This document shows positions 36,795 to 44,931 of a stretch of 64,000 bases of DNA, piece after piece (positions within the stretch are counted from its first letter, which is position 1; the number at the start of each line of letters is the position of its first letter). Source of the stretch: Actinomycetota bacterium (GTDB lineage Bacteria > Actinomycetota > CALGFH01); NCBI GenBank assembly GCA_040414855.1, contig JBEDUQ010000038.1, forward strand, positions 38,749 through 102,748, given 5' to 3'. The position numbers and the translations under genes were made by a program. Below the pieces are notes generated by a model that was given only the letters and a program-made list of their open reading frames with translations, was not told the DNA's origin and did no database searches.

Positions 36795-37126
36795 CCAGTC
36801 CTCACTTCCTCGTGTTCACTCAAGCTGGAAGCTCCCACCAGGCTTCCGCCACCCTGTGTCGCTCGTAGCGCTTCCACGGCGTGCTCCACGGGGCCGGCGT
36901 CGGCCATGCGAAGGGCTCGCTGCAACGCGCGCCGCTTCCCTGCCAACTCCAGGCACTTCAGCCCATCACACACGTAGGCACCGCGTCCGGGCGCCGTACC
37001 CGACGGATCGTATCGGACCACGCCATCCGGCGAGCGGACGATTCGGTGGAGAGTGCCCTTGGCCGCCGAGGTACGGCAAACCACACAGGTGCGCATTGGT
37101 CCAACGCTCGGACGCGGCTTTGGCAT
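36791..37126 (-). CDS. ylxR: YlxR-family (DUF448) RNA-binding protein
   Basis: [20 protein letters not shown]...GRGAYVC motif. The start may be the internal ATG at MRTCVVC. Confidence 0.85.
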   Translation of the reverse strand: MPKPRPSVGPMRTCVVCRTSAAKGTLHRIVRSPDGVVRYDPSGTAPGRGAYVCDGLKCLELAGKRRALQRALRMADAGPVEHAVEALRATQGGGSLVGASSLSEHEEVRTG

Positions 37127-37138
37127 TCCCCTCCCCTC

Positions 37139-38152
37139 CTATCGTCTCGGCCCGGCGACGCGGCCACTCTCGGCCCCGCCGCCCTGGGTGCTCGCCTGAC
37201 TCTCGCTGGCGATGTCGATCCTCCATCCGGTCAACCGCACCGCCAGGCGCGCGTTCTGGCCCTCCTTGCCGATCGCCAGCGACAGCTGGTAATCGGGCAC
37301 GACCACGTGGGCGGTCCGCTCCGCCTCGTCAATCTGGACGCTCTTCACCTTGGCGGGCGAGAGCGCCTCCGCCACGAACTGGGCGGGGTCGTCCGAGTAG
37401 AGGACGATGTCGATCTTCTCGCCCCGCAGCTCGTTCACCACTGAGCGCACCCGCATGCCGCGAGGGCCGACGCAGGCGCCCTTGGGGTCGACGCCGGGGT
37501 CGTTGGAGCGCACCGCGATCTTGGTCCGGTGGCCCGGCTCGCGTGCGACGTTGGTGATCTCGACGATCCCCTCGGCGATCTCCGGTACCTCGAGCTCGAA
37601 CAGGCGGCGGATCAGGTCCGGGTGGGTGCGCGAGACGACCACGCGCAGGCCCCTGGGCGAGCGCGAGACCTCGGTCACGTAGACCTTGATGCGGTCGTTG
37701 TGCTGGTAGTGCTCGCTCGGCACCTGCTCGGCGTGTGGCAGCTCCGCCTCGACCTTGCCGAGGTCGACGCTCACGTGGCGGGGGTCGCGCTGCTGCACGA
37801 TCCCGGTCACGATGTCGCCCTTGCGGCCTTCGTACTCGCCGAAGGTGACGTCCCGCTCGGCCTCGCGGAGCCGCTGCACGATCACCTGCTTGGCGGTCAC
37901 CGCCGCGATCCGGCCGAAGTCCGAGGGGGTGTCCTCCCACTCCCGGATCACCTGCTCGTTCTCGTCCAGCTCCTGGGCGTAGACGCTGACCTCACCGCTG
38001 TCGCGGTCGACGACCACGCGGGCGTCGTCGGGCGCGTTCGGGCGACGCTTGTAGGCCGCGGCCAGCGCGCTCTCCAGCGCGGTGATCACGGTGTCGAGCG
38101 AGATGCCCTTCTCTCGCTCGAGGAAGCGCAGGTCCTCGATTGGGATGTTCAC
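37139..38152 (-). CDS. nusA: Transcription termination/antitermination factor NusA
   Basis: 337 aa with the N-terminal domain, S1 ([10 protein letters not shown]...) and two KH domains (RTKIAVRS...[29 protein letters not shown]). Confidence 0.95.
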   Translation of the reverse strand: MNIPIEDLRFLEREKGISLDTVITALESALAAAYKRRPNAPDDARVVVDRDSGEVSVYAQELDENEQVIREWEDTPSDFGRIAAVTAKQVIVQRLREAERDVTFGEYEGRKGDIVTGIVQQRDPRHVSVDLGKVEAELPHAEQVPSEHYQHNDRIKVYVTEVSRSPRGLRVVVSRTHPDLIRRLFELEVPEIAEGIVEITNVAREPGHRTKIAVRSNDPGVDPKGACVGPRGMRVRSVVNELRGEKIDIVLYSDDPAQFVAEALSPAKVKSVQIDEAERTAHVVVPDYQLSLAIGKEGQNARLAVRLTGWRIDIASESQASTQGGGAESGRVAGPRR

Positions 38153-38207
38153 GTCGCCGTCCTCTCGTCAGGGATGCGGGAAGTCATGGGGAATGCGTGC
38201 CTGGCTG

Positions 38208-38750
38208 TCACCACGGCAACACCACCCTTCCTCGCACCACGTCGGACAGCGGCACCCGAATCTGGCTGCCCTCGACCTCGAGCGTCACCGCCTGGTCATC
38301 GGCGTCCGCCACCACGCCCCGGATCTGGGCCCGCCCCTGGTCCTTGGGGGCGGTCCGGCGGTTCCCGCCGGCGTCGGCCACGGCGCCGCCGGTCTCAGCG
38401 CCGCCGGCGTCGGGCTCGGCGCCGTTGGTGGGCGCCTCGCGGAGGATCTCGACCTCGTGGCCACGCTGGCGGCGGAAATCACGCCCGCTGCGCAGCGGGC
38501 GGTCGAGCCCTGGCGTGGTCACCTCGAGCGTGTAGCTCCCCTGGAGCGGGTCCGCATCGTCGAGTTGGTGGGAGAGCTCCTTGGTGACCCGCTCGATCGC
38601 GTCGGAGTCGACCGGGTCGTCCGCGTCGAGCACGACGCTCAGCACATGGGAACGGCCGTGGCGGCGGAGGGCGAGCTCGAGCACCTCGACACCCTGGGCA
38701 CCGGCGACCTGCTGTGCCAGTTCTTGGACACGCGGAGGAAGCGTCGTCAC
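38208..38750 (-). CDS. rimP: Ribosome maturation factor RimP
   Basis: 180 aa. GTG start 10 nt after GGGAGG. ...VLSVVLDADDPVDSDAIERVTKELSHQLD...YTLEVTTPGLDRPL. First gene of rimP-nusA-ylxR-infB. Confidence 0.88.
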   Translation of the reverse strand: MTTLPPRVQELAQQVAGAQGVEVLELALRRHGRSHVLSVVLDADDPVDSDAIERVTKELSHQLDDADPLQGSYTLEVTTPGLDRPLRSGRDFRRQRGHEVEILREAPTNGAEPDAGGAETGGAVADAGGNRRTAPKDQGRAQIRGVVADADDQAVTLEVEGSQIRVPLSDVVRGRVVLPW

Positions 38751-38840
38751 GATCGCTGACCTCCCTCACGCGTCTACGTTGCTGGTCGCCCTCTCGGTAG
38801 CGGCACCCGTCCATCTCCTGCCGTGTGGCGAGAGCCCGGA

Positions 38841-38869
38841 CAAAACAGAAGTGGGCGAATGCCCACTTC
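38841..38869 (-). terminator. Intrinsic terminator (9-bp GC-rich stem, GAAT/ATTC loop, then TGTTTTGT on the minus strand)
   Basis: Plus strand: caaaaca-GAAGTGGGC-gaat-GCCCACTTC (stem 38848-38856 / 38861-38869). On the minus strand the hairpin is followed by a T-rich run. It lies about 100 nt upstream of the rimP start. Confidence 0.65.
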
Positions 38870-38928
38870 GTGATTCTGGTCAGCCGTACCTGCCGATGCA
38901 TGTACGGTGCCACACGTCAACAGTTTGC

Positions 38929-38957
38929 ACGATAGCACCAGCTACCAGTCTCGGCAA
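38929..38957 (-). promoter_or_regulatory. Candidate housekeeping-type promoter TTGCCG-N17-TATCGT (minus strand)
   Basis: -35 = complement of 38952-38957; -10 = complement of 38929-38934; exact 17-nt spacer. It would start a transcript about 50 nt before the terminator hairpin stem (38848-38869). Confidence 0.4.
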
Positions 38958-39087
38958 CTGGATTCATGCCCCTGGCCTGCGGGTTTGCGTCACCCTCGAC
39001 CGCCGCCGGACACCTCCCGTTCAGCGTACGCGGATGTGGCGCTTCGAAGCCAAACGAGGTCACCACGGCCCTGGCGCGGTCCGCCCT

Positions 39088-39223
39088 TCAGCGCACGCCC
39101 ACACGAGGACCAGCGCCCGGTCCGCACCCCGAGCTGCGGCCTCGGCGCTCGGCGACGAGGGCCAGCACCCCGGGCTGTAGTCTCAGCGCCCGGCGACGAG
39201 GGCCAGCACCCCAGGCTGCGGCC
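39088..39223. repeat. Three degenerate tandem copies (~41-54 bp) of the yukD-like gene 3' end, immediately downstream of its stop
   Basis: Units start at 39088, 39142 and 39183. Units 39142 and 39183 are 35/41 identical. The true gene end starts at 39224 (tcaccgcacgccgacgaggaccagcacc) and matches unit 39183 at about 25/30 positions. Two of the three copies (39088, 39183) retain a stop-like TCA at the equivalent position; the 39142 copy has TCG. Confidence 0.85.
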
Positions 39224-39493
39224 TCACCGCACGCCGACGAGGACCAGCACCTCCCCATGCCCGATTCCGCACTGCTCCAACGATCGCCCGACCGGCAGCG
39301 GCAGGGCGCCCAGCGGCGCCAGGCCGAGCGGCTTTCGAGCTCCTGGGTCGATCGGCGGCGCCGCGCCGGGTCCGGCGGGATCGCGGAGGAGCTCGGCGAT
39401 CGGTTCGAGGAGGTCGGCGATCGGGACGTCGGCGCGCACGGCGAGGTCACGGCGGCGCTTTCCCACCACCACCGTGATCAGGAGGGTGGTCAT
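39224..39493 (-). CDS. YukD/EsaB-like ubiquitin-fold protein (also resembles the EccD N-terminal domain)
   Basis: 89 aa from ATG 39493, which overlaps the eccC-like TGA (ATGA): MTTLLITVVVGKRRRDLAVRADVPIADLLEPIAELL...SLEQCGIGHGEVLVLVGVR. The pattern (beta-strand start, 'D..vP.d.pv..Li', C-terminal 'GI.dGevLvL') is that of T7SS ubiquitin-like components. Confidence 0.7.
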   Translation of the reverse strand: MTTLLITVVVGKRRRDLAVRADVPIADLLEPIAELLRDPAGPGAAPPIDPGARKPLGLAPLGALPLPVGRSLEQCGIGHGEVLVLVGVR

Positions 39494-42400
39494 CCGGACG
39501 CGTCGGCGGTGGCCGGTTCGTTGCTGGACCGGTGGTCGGGTGGCGGTTCGTTGCTGGACCGGTGGTCGGGTGGCGGTGCGTTGCTGGACCGCTGGTCGGG
39601 TGTGGCCCGGGGTCGTAGGGCCGGTGTCCAGGCCACCTGGACCAGGCCCGACCGCCCGTGGCGGCGGACGAGGTAGCCCCGGCCCGGTGGCTGTGGCGCG
39701 GCGGCGCGGCCCCCGAGCAGCTCTCCCTCGCGCGGGTCGCCCGACATGATCAGCCCGGGACCGCCACGCTCGCGGATCCGTTGGAAGAACGGCTCGAACG
39801 AGGTTCGCGCCGAGCCGCTGACGGGGCGGGCGAGCAGGACGTGCAAGCCGACGTCCCGGCCACGGCCGAGCAGGTCGATCAGCGGCTCCAGCGGGTTGCC
39901 CGCGACCGGCGCCACCAGGTCGTAGTCGTCGACCACCAGCACGTGACGCGGTTCGTGCCGCATGCCCGGCGCCGGTGCGCCGCGGTCGAGGCGGACATCG
40001 AGCGACGAGCGCAGCCGGCGGATGCCGTCGAACACCAATGCGGGTGAGTCCAGGTAGGCCCTGCACTGGGGCAGGTCGGTGAGGTCGGCCAGCGTGCGCC
40101 GGTAGTCGACCACGATCAGCCGCAGCTCGTCGGTGCTGTAACGGGCAGCCAGACCGGTGGCCAGGCACCGCAGCGTCGAGGTCTTCCCGCACTCGGCATC
40201 GCCGAGCACGAGAAAGTGCGGCGCTGACCACAGATCGAGGGTCACGACGTCGAGGCGGTGGTCGTGCAGCGCGAATGGCACTCCCCCGCTCGCTTCCAGC
40301 TCGGGACAGGCGGCCGCCCGCCGGAGAAGGTCGTCGATCGGCACCAGCGTAGGCAGCCGTCGCAGCCGCGGAGCGATCGCGCCCGTCGGGCTCCGCAGGA
40401 CATGCCGGAGGAGCGCTTCGGCCGCCACCGGAATCGCGCCACCGTCGCCGCCAAGGACGGTGCCGGGGCCAACCGTCTCGTCACGGCTCGCGCCAGCCCG
40501 GGCCACGGCCGGCAGGGCGGTCTGGAACTGGTGACCGTTGGCGGAGAGCCCCCGTCCCGGGGTGCGAGATGGCAGGCGGGCAGCGGCCGCGCGGCCGACC
40601 TGCGATTCGAACGGGTCGTTGAGGTGGAGCTCCAGCCGGCCGCCGAGGTTGTCCAGGAGCCCGAGCCGGAGGTCGGCCCACCGGTTGGCGGCGATCACCA
40701 GGTGCACGCCGTGGTGCAGCCCAACCGCCGCGAGCGCTTCGATCTCGTGATCGAGGTCGGGAAGCTCCTGCCGGAGCCTGGCCCAGTTGTCGACGACCAG
40801 GAACACATCGCCGTACCCGTCCTGGCCCAGCGCGGGCTGGTGGCGGCGGCGGGCATGCCACTCCGCCATCGACGCGATCCTCTCTTCGCGGAACTGCTGG
40901 TCTCGCTCGGCGACGACCGTGCGCAGCTCGCGGACCAGCCGTCTGGCCTCGTCGGGGTCGTGGACGCCCGCCACGGCTCCGACGTGCGGCAGGTCGCCCA
41001 GCCGGTGCAGCAGTCCCCCGCCGAGGTCGATGCAGTACAGCTGCACATCGTCCGGAGCGTGGGTAAGGGCGAGGGCAGCCACCAGCGTGGCCAGTAGCGT
41101 GCTCTTGCCACTCCGCGGCGCGCCGGCGATCGCCAGGTGACCTCGCCGACCGGTGAAGTCCAGCTCCAGCGGGTGCTGCGACTGTGTGAACGGCTCGTCC
41201 ACGATGCCGACCGGCACTCGCAGCCAGCCCGGGTCGCCGGGACGCCGGGCGTGCCGCGGCGAGCCGGCGGAACCCACGTGATCCCGCGGACCCGGCGGAC
41301 CCGGCGGACCCTGGAGACCCCGCGGACCTGGTGGCCCTAGCGGACCCGGCGGACCCGGTGGACCCGCCGGACCGGCCGCTCCGCGGCAGCGCTGGAGCAC
41401 CTCGTCGAGGGTGATCACCCGCGCGAGGGGCGGCAGCCAGACGCGGTGCGCGCGCGATTCGGTGGCCGCACGGGCCGCGGCGGAGAGCGCGGCCAACTCC
41501 TCGGCGGCCGCCGCGGCCGTGGGCACGTCGGGCATGGCGGGGAGGACGTCGTCGCGTGGCAAGGCGATCGGCTCGAAGGGCACGACCAGCGGCACCGGGT
41601 CGCCGGGCGTGGCCCGCGGGCCCGCGTGAGATGGCGTGAACCCGCCGGCGACCACGAGACCCTGGAACGGCACGCAGGGACCGTCGTCGACCCGGAGCAG
41701 ACCGTGGCCGGGAGACGCCGGGAGATGGAACGCGTCGGCTGTGCCGAGCACGGCGGTGGACTCGGCCGCGCTGAAGGTGCGAAGGCAGATCCGGTAGCGG
41801 AGATGGCTCTCCAAGCCGCGGAGACGGCCCTCGTCTAGGCGCTGCGACGCGAGCAGCAGGTGGATCCCCAGGCTGCGGCCGGTCCGGCCGATCGCGGTGA
41901 AGAGGTCGAGGAACTCCGGATGGGCGGCGAGCAGCTCGCCGAACTCGTCGACGACCACCAGCAGGCTCGGCAGCGGCTCGAGGCGTCCGGTCGCCGCCCG
42001 TCTTCGGTGCGCGGCGATGCTGTCGAGGTTCGCCTCCCGGAGCAGGCGCTGCCTGCGGTCGACCTCGCCGAAGAGGGCGCTCCGGGCGCGCTCCACCATG
42101 CTGGGATCGTCCTGGAGGTTGGTGATCAGGCCGGCGGTGTGGGGCAGGCCGGCCAGCGGTGCGAACGCTGCCCCGCCCTTGAAGTCGACCAGCGCGAACG
42201 AGAGCCGCTCGAGCGGGTGGGTCAACGCGAGCCCGACGACGATCGTGCGCAGCAGCTCGCTCTTCCCCGACCCGGTGGCGCCGATGAGCAGGCCGTGCGG
42301 GCCCATGCCGCCCTCAGAGGCCTCCTCGAGGTCGAGGACGACACCGGCATCCACGCCAGCATCGACGACGGCCGGGGCCGCGAGGCCACCGGAAGGCGCG

Positions 42401-43875
42401 ACCGGTCGCCCGATCGGAACCCGAAGTCGCGCGGACGCCGCGCCCTCGCGCCAGACCCTCGCGAGCCCCGGACCGTCGAGAGCTGAATCACGACCGAACC
42501 CGAGCACGTCGAGGAGGCCGGCGGGCGGCCGCCCACGGCCATAACCATCGCGGCCCTCACCGCCCTCACCGGACCCCGGGCCCGCGAGCCACAGCGGCGC
42601 GAGACGCCTCGCCAACGCCTCCGAGAACGCCAGGCTCGCCGCGTCGGCCCGACCGCCGGCGTGGACACGCCCAACGGGACCCGCCTCGCGGACCGTGAGC
42701 CCGCCGTCCCCGTCGACCTCCACGGTGCACCGTGCCGCCGGCGGCTCGCCGAGCGCACCACTGGCGAGCCAGAGGACCGTGGCGCAGAGCTCCGGCGCGG
42801 CCCGGAGCAGCTCGTCCACGATCTCCGAGCGACCCAACGGCCCTCCCGGCAGGTAGCCGTCAACCACGACCAGCAGGTGCGGCGGCAAGGCCCCAGCGCG
42901 CGAACCGCCCCCGCTCGCGCGCGAGCGCCGGCCGCGCAGCCGGGGGCGGACCTCGCGCTCGATCAAGCCGGACGCGCCGGTCGGGCTCGCGGCCAACATG
43001 CATCGCGGCGACACCACCGGCCCTCCACCCGCCTCCAGACCCGGCCGCGCGTGCGGGAGCCATTTGAGCCACTCCCAATCGAGCACGGCGTCCGGTGTCG
43101 TCACGGCCACGATCCACAGGTCCTCGGGCGCGTGGGCGACCGCGGATTGGAGCAGCATGCCCCGCACCAGCGAGCGCGCGGCGGCCCTGGGGCCGCGGAC
43201 GGTCACGACCCCAACGCCTCGCAGCGGCACCGTGACCGGGAGGTCCTCGACCCCCGCTGACCTCGCGACCACCTCCCGCGCCGCCCGGAGCAGCTCGGGG
43301 TCGTGGTCCGCCAGCGGGTCGCGCCCGAGGTCCAGGGACAGTCTGGCGGCGAGCGGCACGGGACCGCGTCCCACCCGGACCTCCAGGAAGTCCGCGTCGG
43401 GCGGCGACCGCTCCCAGACTCGGCCGTGGTCGATCATGCCGGCCAGCCGGTCCAGGTCGGGGTGCACGTGCTCGGCCGCCGCGCGCTGCGCCGCCGCCGC
43501 CTCGGCCGCCCGAGTGCCGACCTCGTCGAGGTGGGCGCGATACCGAGACACCTCGACCCGCCTCGCACGCTTGGCGGAACGGCGCCCGAGCAGGCGTGTG
43601 CCCAGGCCGACCAAGGCCGACAGCAGCAGCGACCCGCCCGTGGCGAGGAGCAGCCATCGGCGCCCGGAGCCCGACGACGAGAGCAGCAGCGGCAGCGACC
43701 CGATGCCGCCGAGGGCTGGCAGCAGGAACAACGGCCAACCGCCCGACGCCGGTGGAGCCGATCGCGGTGGCGGGGCGACGACAATTTCTCCGGAGGGCAC
43801 CGGCGGCGGGTGGCGGCGCGGTCCCCGATCCACGCGGAACCGGCCGGAGCCGAGCATTTGGACGTTGTTCTCCAT
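39490..43875 (-). CDS. eccC: EccC/EssC-like type VII secretion FtsK/SpoIIIE-family ATPase (3 P-loop domains)
   Basis: 1461 aa. N-terminus has two hydrophobic spans (WPLFLLPALGGIGSLPLLL, WLLLATGGSLLLSALVGLG). Three Walker A sites: GATGSGKSELL, GAPRSGKSTLL, GDAECGKTSTL. The N-terminal 'GEIVVAPPP' motif is typical of EccC. Confidence 0.88.
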   Translation of the reverse strand: MENNVQMLGSGRFRVDRGPRRHPPPVPSGEIVVAPPPRSAPPASGGWPLFLLPALGGIGSLPLLLSSSGSGRRWLLLATGGSLLLSALVGLGTRLLGRRSAKRARRVEVSRYRAHLDEVGTRAAEAAAAQRAAAEHVHPDLDRLAGMIDHGRVWERSPPDADFLEVRVGRGPVPLAARLSLDLGRDPLADHDPELLRAAREVVARSAGVEDLPVTVPLRGVGVVTVRGPRAAARSLVRGMLLQSAVAHAPEDLWIVAVTTPDAVLDWEWLKWLPHARPGLEAGGGPVVSPRCMLAASPTGASGLIEREVRPRLRGRRSRASGGGSRAGALPPHLLVVVDGYLPGGPLGRSEIVDELLRAAPELCATVLWLASGALGEPPAARCTVEVDGDGGLTVREAGPVGRVHAGGRADAASLAFSEALARRLAPLWLAGPGSGEGGEGRDGYGRGRPPAGLLDVLGFGRDSALDGPGLARVWREGAASARLRVPIGRPVAPSGGLAAPAVVDAGVDAGVVLDLEEASEGGMGPHGLLIGATGSGKSELLRTIVVGLALTHPLERLSFALVDFKGGAAFAPLAGLPHTAGLITNLQDDPSMVERARSALFGEVDRRQRLLREANLDSIAAHRRRAATGRLEPLPSLLVVVDEFGELLAAHPEFLDLFTAIGRTGRSLGIHLLLASQRLDEGRLRGLESHLRYRICLRTFSAAESTAVLGTADAFHLPASPGHGLLRVDDGPCVPFQGLVVAGGFTPSHAGPRATPGDPVPLVVPFEPIALPRDDVLPAMPDVPTAAAAAEELAALSAAARAATESRAHRVWLPPLARVITLDEVLQRCRGAAGPAGPPGPPGPLGPPGPRGLQGPPGPPGPRDHVGSAGSPRHARRPGDPGWLRVPVGIVDEPFTQSQHPLELDFTGRRGHLAIAGAPRSGKSTLLATLVAALALTHAPDDVQLYCIDLGGGLLHRLGDLPHVGAVAGVHDPDEARRLVRELRTVVAERDQQFREERIASMAEWHARRRHQPALGQDGYGDVFLVVDNWARLRQELPDLDHEIEALAAVGLHHGVHLVIAANRWADLRLGLLDNLGGRLELHLNDPFESQVGRAAAARLPSRTPGRGLSANGHQFQTALPAVARAGASRDETVGPGTVLGGDGGAIPVAAEALLRHVLRSPTGAIAPRLRRLPTLVPIDDLLRRAAACPELEASGGVPFALHDHRLDVVTLDLWSAPHFLVLGDAECGKTSTLRCLATGLAARYSTDELRLIVVDYRRTLADLTDLPQCRAYLDSPALVFDGIRRLRSSLDVRLDRGAPAPGMRHEPRHVLVVDDYDLVAPVAGNPLEPLIDLLGRGRDVGLHVLLARPVSGSARTSFEPFFQRIRERGGPGLIMSGDPREGELLGGRAAAPQPPGRGYLVRRHGRSGLVQVAWTPALRPRATPDQRSSNAPPPDHRSSNEPPPDHRSSNEPATADASG
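39510..39600 (-). repeat. In-frame 30-bp tandem repeat x~3 at the extreme 3' end of the eccC-like gene
   Basis: tggcggttcgttgctggaccggtggtcggg at 39541-39570, a near-identical copy at 39571-39600, and a partial copy at 39510-39540. Encodes PPPDHRSSNE repeats. Confidence 0.9.
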
Positions 43876-43960
43876 GCGGCGAGCACCGAGGGGGTCGAAA
43901 GGATGTGCGAACCTCGGGCCTCGACGCTAATGGCGCGCCAGCCCGGCGGAAAGCCCACCT

Positions 43961-43978
43961 CGAAATCTGTGGATAACC
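43961..43978 (-). promoter_or_regulatory. 18-nt motif GGTTATCCACAGATTTCG (read on the minus strand), 86 nt upstream of the eccC-like start
   Basis: Plus strand reads cgaaatctgtggataacc. Sense orientation relative to the downstream minus-strand gene. Confidence 0.5.
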
Positions 43979-44038
43979 GCGTCGGCGCGGCAAGGAAGGC
44001 CCGTCCCCCGGCGACGGCAGGAACGCCGTCGGGCGGGG

Positions 44039-44929
44039 CTACGGCAGGATGACCGTCTGGAAGTCGTAGGGCTCGCGCTGAAACCCCAGGCGCTCGTAGA
44101 GAGCGACCGCCGGCGCGTTGAAGTCGTTCACGTAGAGCGAGAGAGCGGGGTGGCGCTGAAACGCCAGCTCGCAGCAGGCGGCCATCGCCTCGGTGCCGAG
44201 ACCCTGGCCGCGGACGGCGGGCGGGACGTAGACGCCCTGGATCTGCGCGCCCTTGTCGCTGGCGCAGCCAACGTCCATCTTGAACTGGAGCTCTCCGCCG
44301 ACCTCGTAGACGTAGGTCCAGCCGCGCGCGGTGAGGATCTGGACCCTGCGGCGGTAGCCGGACGGGTCGCGGGCGAGCGGGTTCTCGCCCATCTCCTCGG
44401 TGTACATCGCGGCCGACAGATGCAGCACCCGGTCCTCGTCCGCCGGCTTGGCGAGCCGCGCAAAGCCCGCCGCCGGCCCGTCTGGCGGGATCAGGGTGCG
44501 GGGGTCGACCACGTAGACGAATTGGCGGGCGCGGACCTCCCTCGGCGGCGGATAGGTGGCGCCGACCAGCTCCCAGAGCCGCTCGACCGCGAGCCGCTCG
44601 CCGACCAGCATCCGGGTCGCGGCCGAGCCGGCGGCGGCCGGCGCGAGCGTGTCGCACACCATGCTGTCGTCGAACGCGGGCACCACGTTGGGGCCGACGT
44701 GCAGGACGCCGACCAGCTCGCCGGAGCCGGTCGAGAACGCGCCCCACAACGGGCTCCAGCCGGGAGCCCTGAGAACGCCGTCGTTGAGCACCCGGCTGGC
44801 GATGAAGACGTCCCTGGCCGGCTGCCGGTCGAGATACGCCAGGGTTGCCCGCTCGTCCTGGCGGCCGAGCAGCCGGACCTCGAGGCCGGACGACCCGCGT
44901 GTCCCGCCCCCCGGTCGCCCCAGACGCAT
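44039..44929 (-). CDS. GNAT-family acetyltransferase (DUF4081+GNAT type found next to ispG in actinobacteria)
   Basis: ORF 44039-45250 trimmed to ATG 44929. The C-terminal core QGVYVPPAVRGQGLGTEAMAACCELAF...LYVNDFNAPAVALYERLGF is the GNAT motif A/B. Confidence 0.8.
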   Translation of the reverse strand: MRLGRPGGGTRGSSGLEVRLLGRQDERATLAYLDRQPARDVFIASRVLNDGVLRAPGWSPLWGAFSTGSGELVGVLHVGPNVVPAFDDSMVCDTLAPAAAGSAATRMLVGERLAVERLWELVGATYPPPREVRARQFVYVVDPRTLIPPDGPAAGFARLAKPADEDRVLHLSAAMYTEEMGENPLARDPSGYRRRVQILTARGWTYVYEVGGELQFKMDVGCASDKGAQIQGVYVPPAVRGQGLGTEAMAACCELAFQRHPALSLYVNDFNAPAVALYERLGFQREPYDFQTVILP

Positions 44930-44931
44930 TC

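Noticed and set aside
39490-43875. EccC-like gene as chromosomal FtsK or a Streptomyces-type conjugative TraB translocase
   Set aside because: Three tandem P-loop domains, two N-terminal TM helices, the EccC-type N-terminal motif and a coupled YukD-like gene fit T7SS ATPases. FtsK and TraB have a single motor domain.
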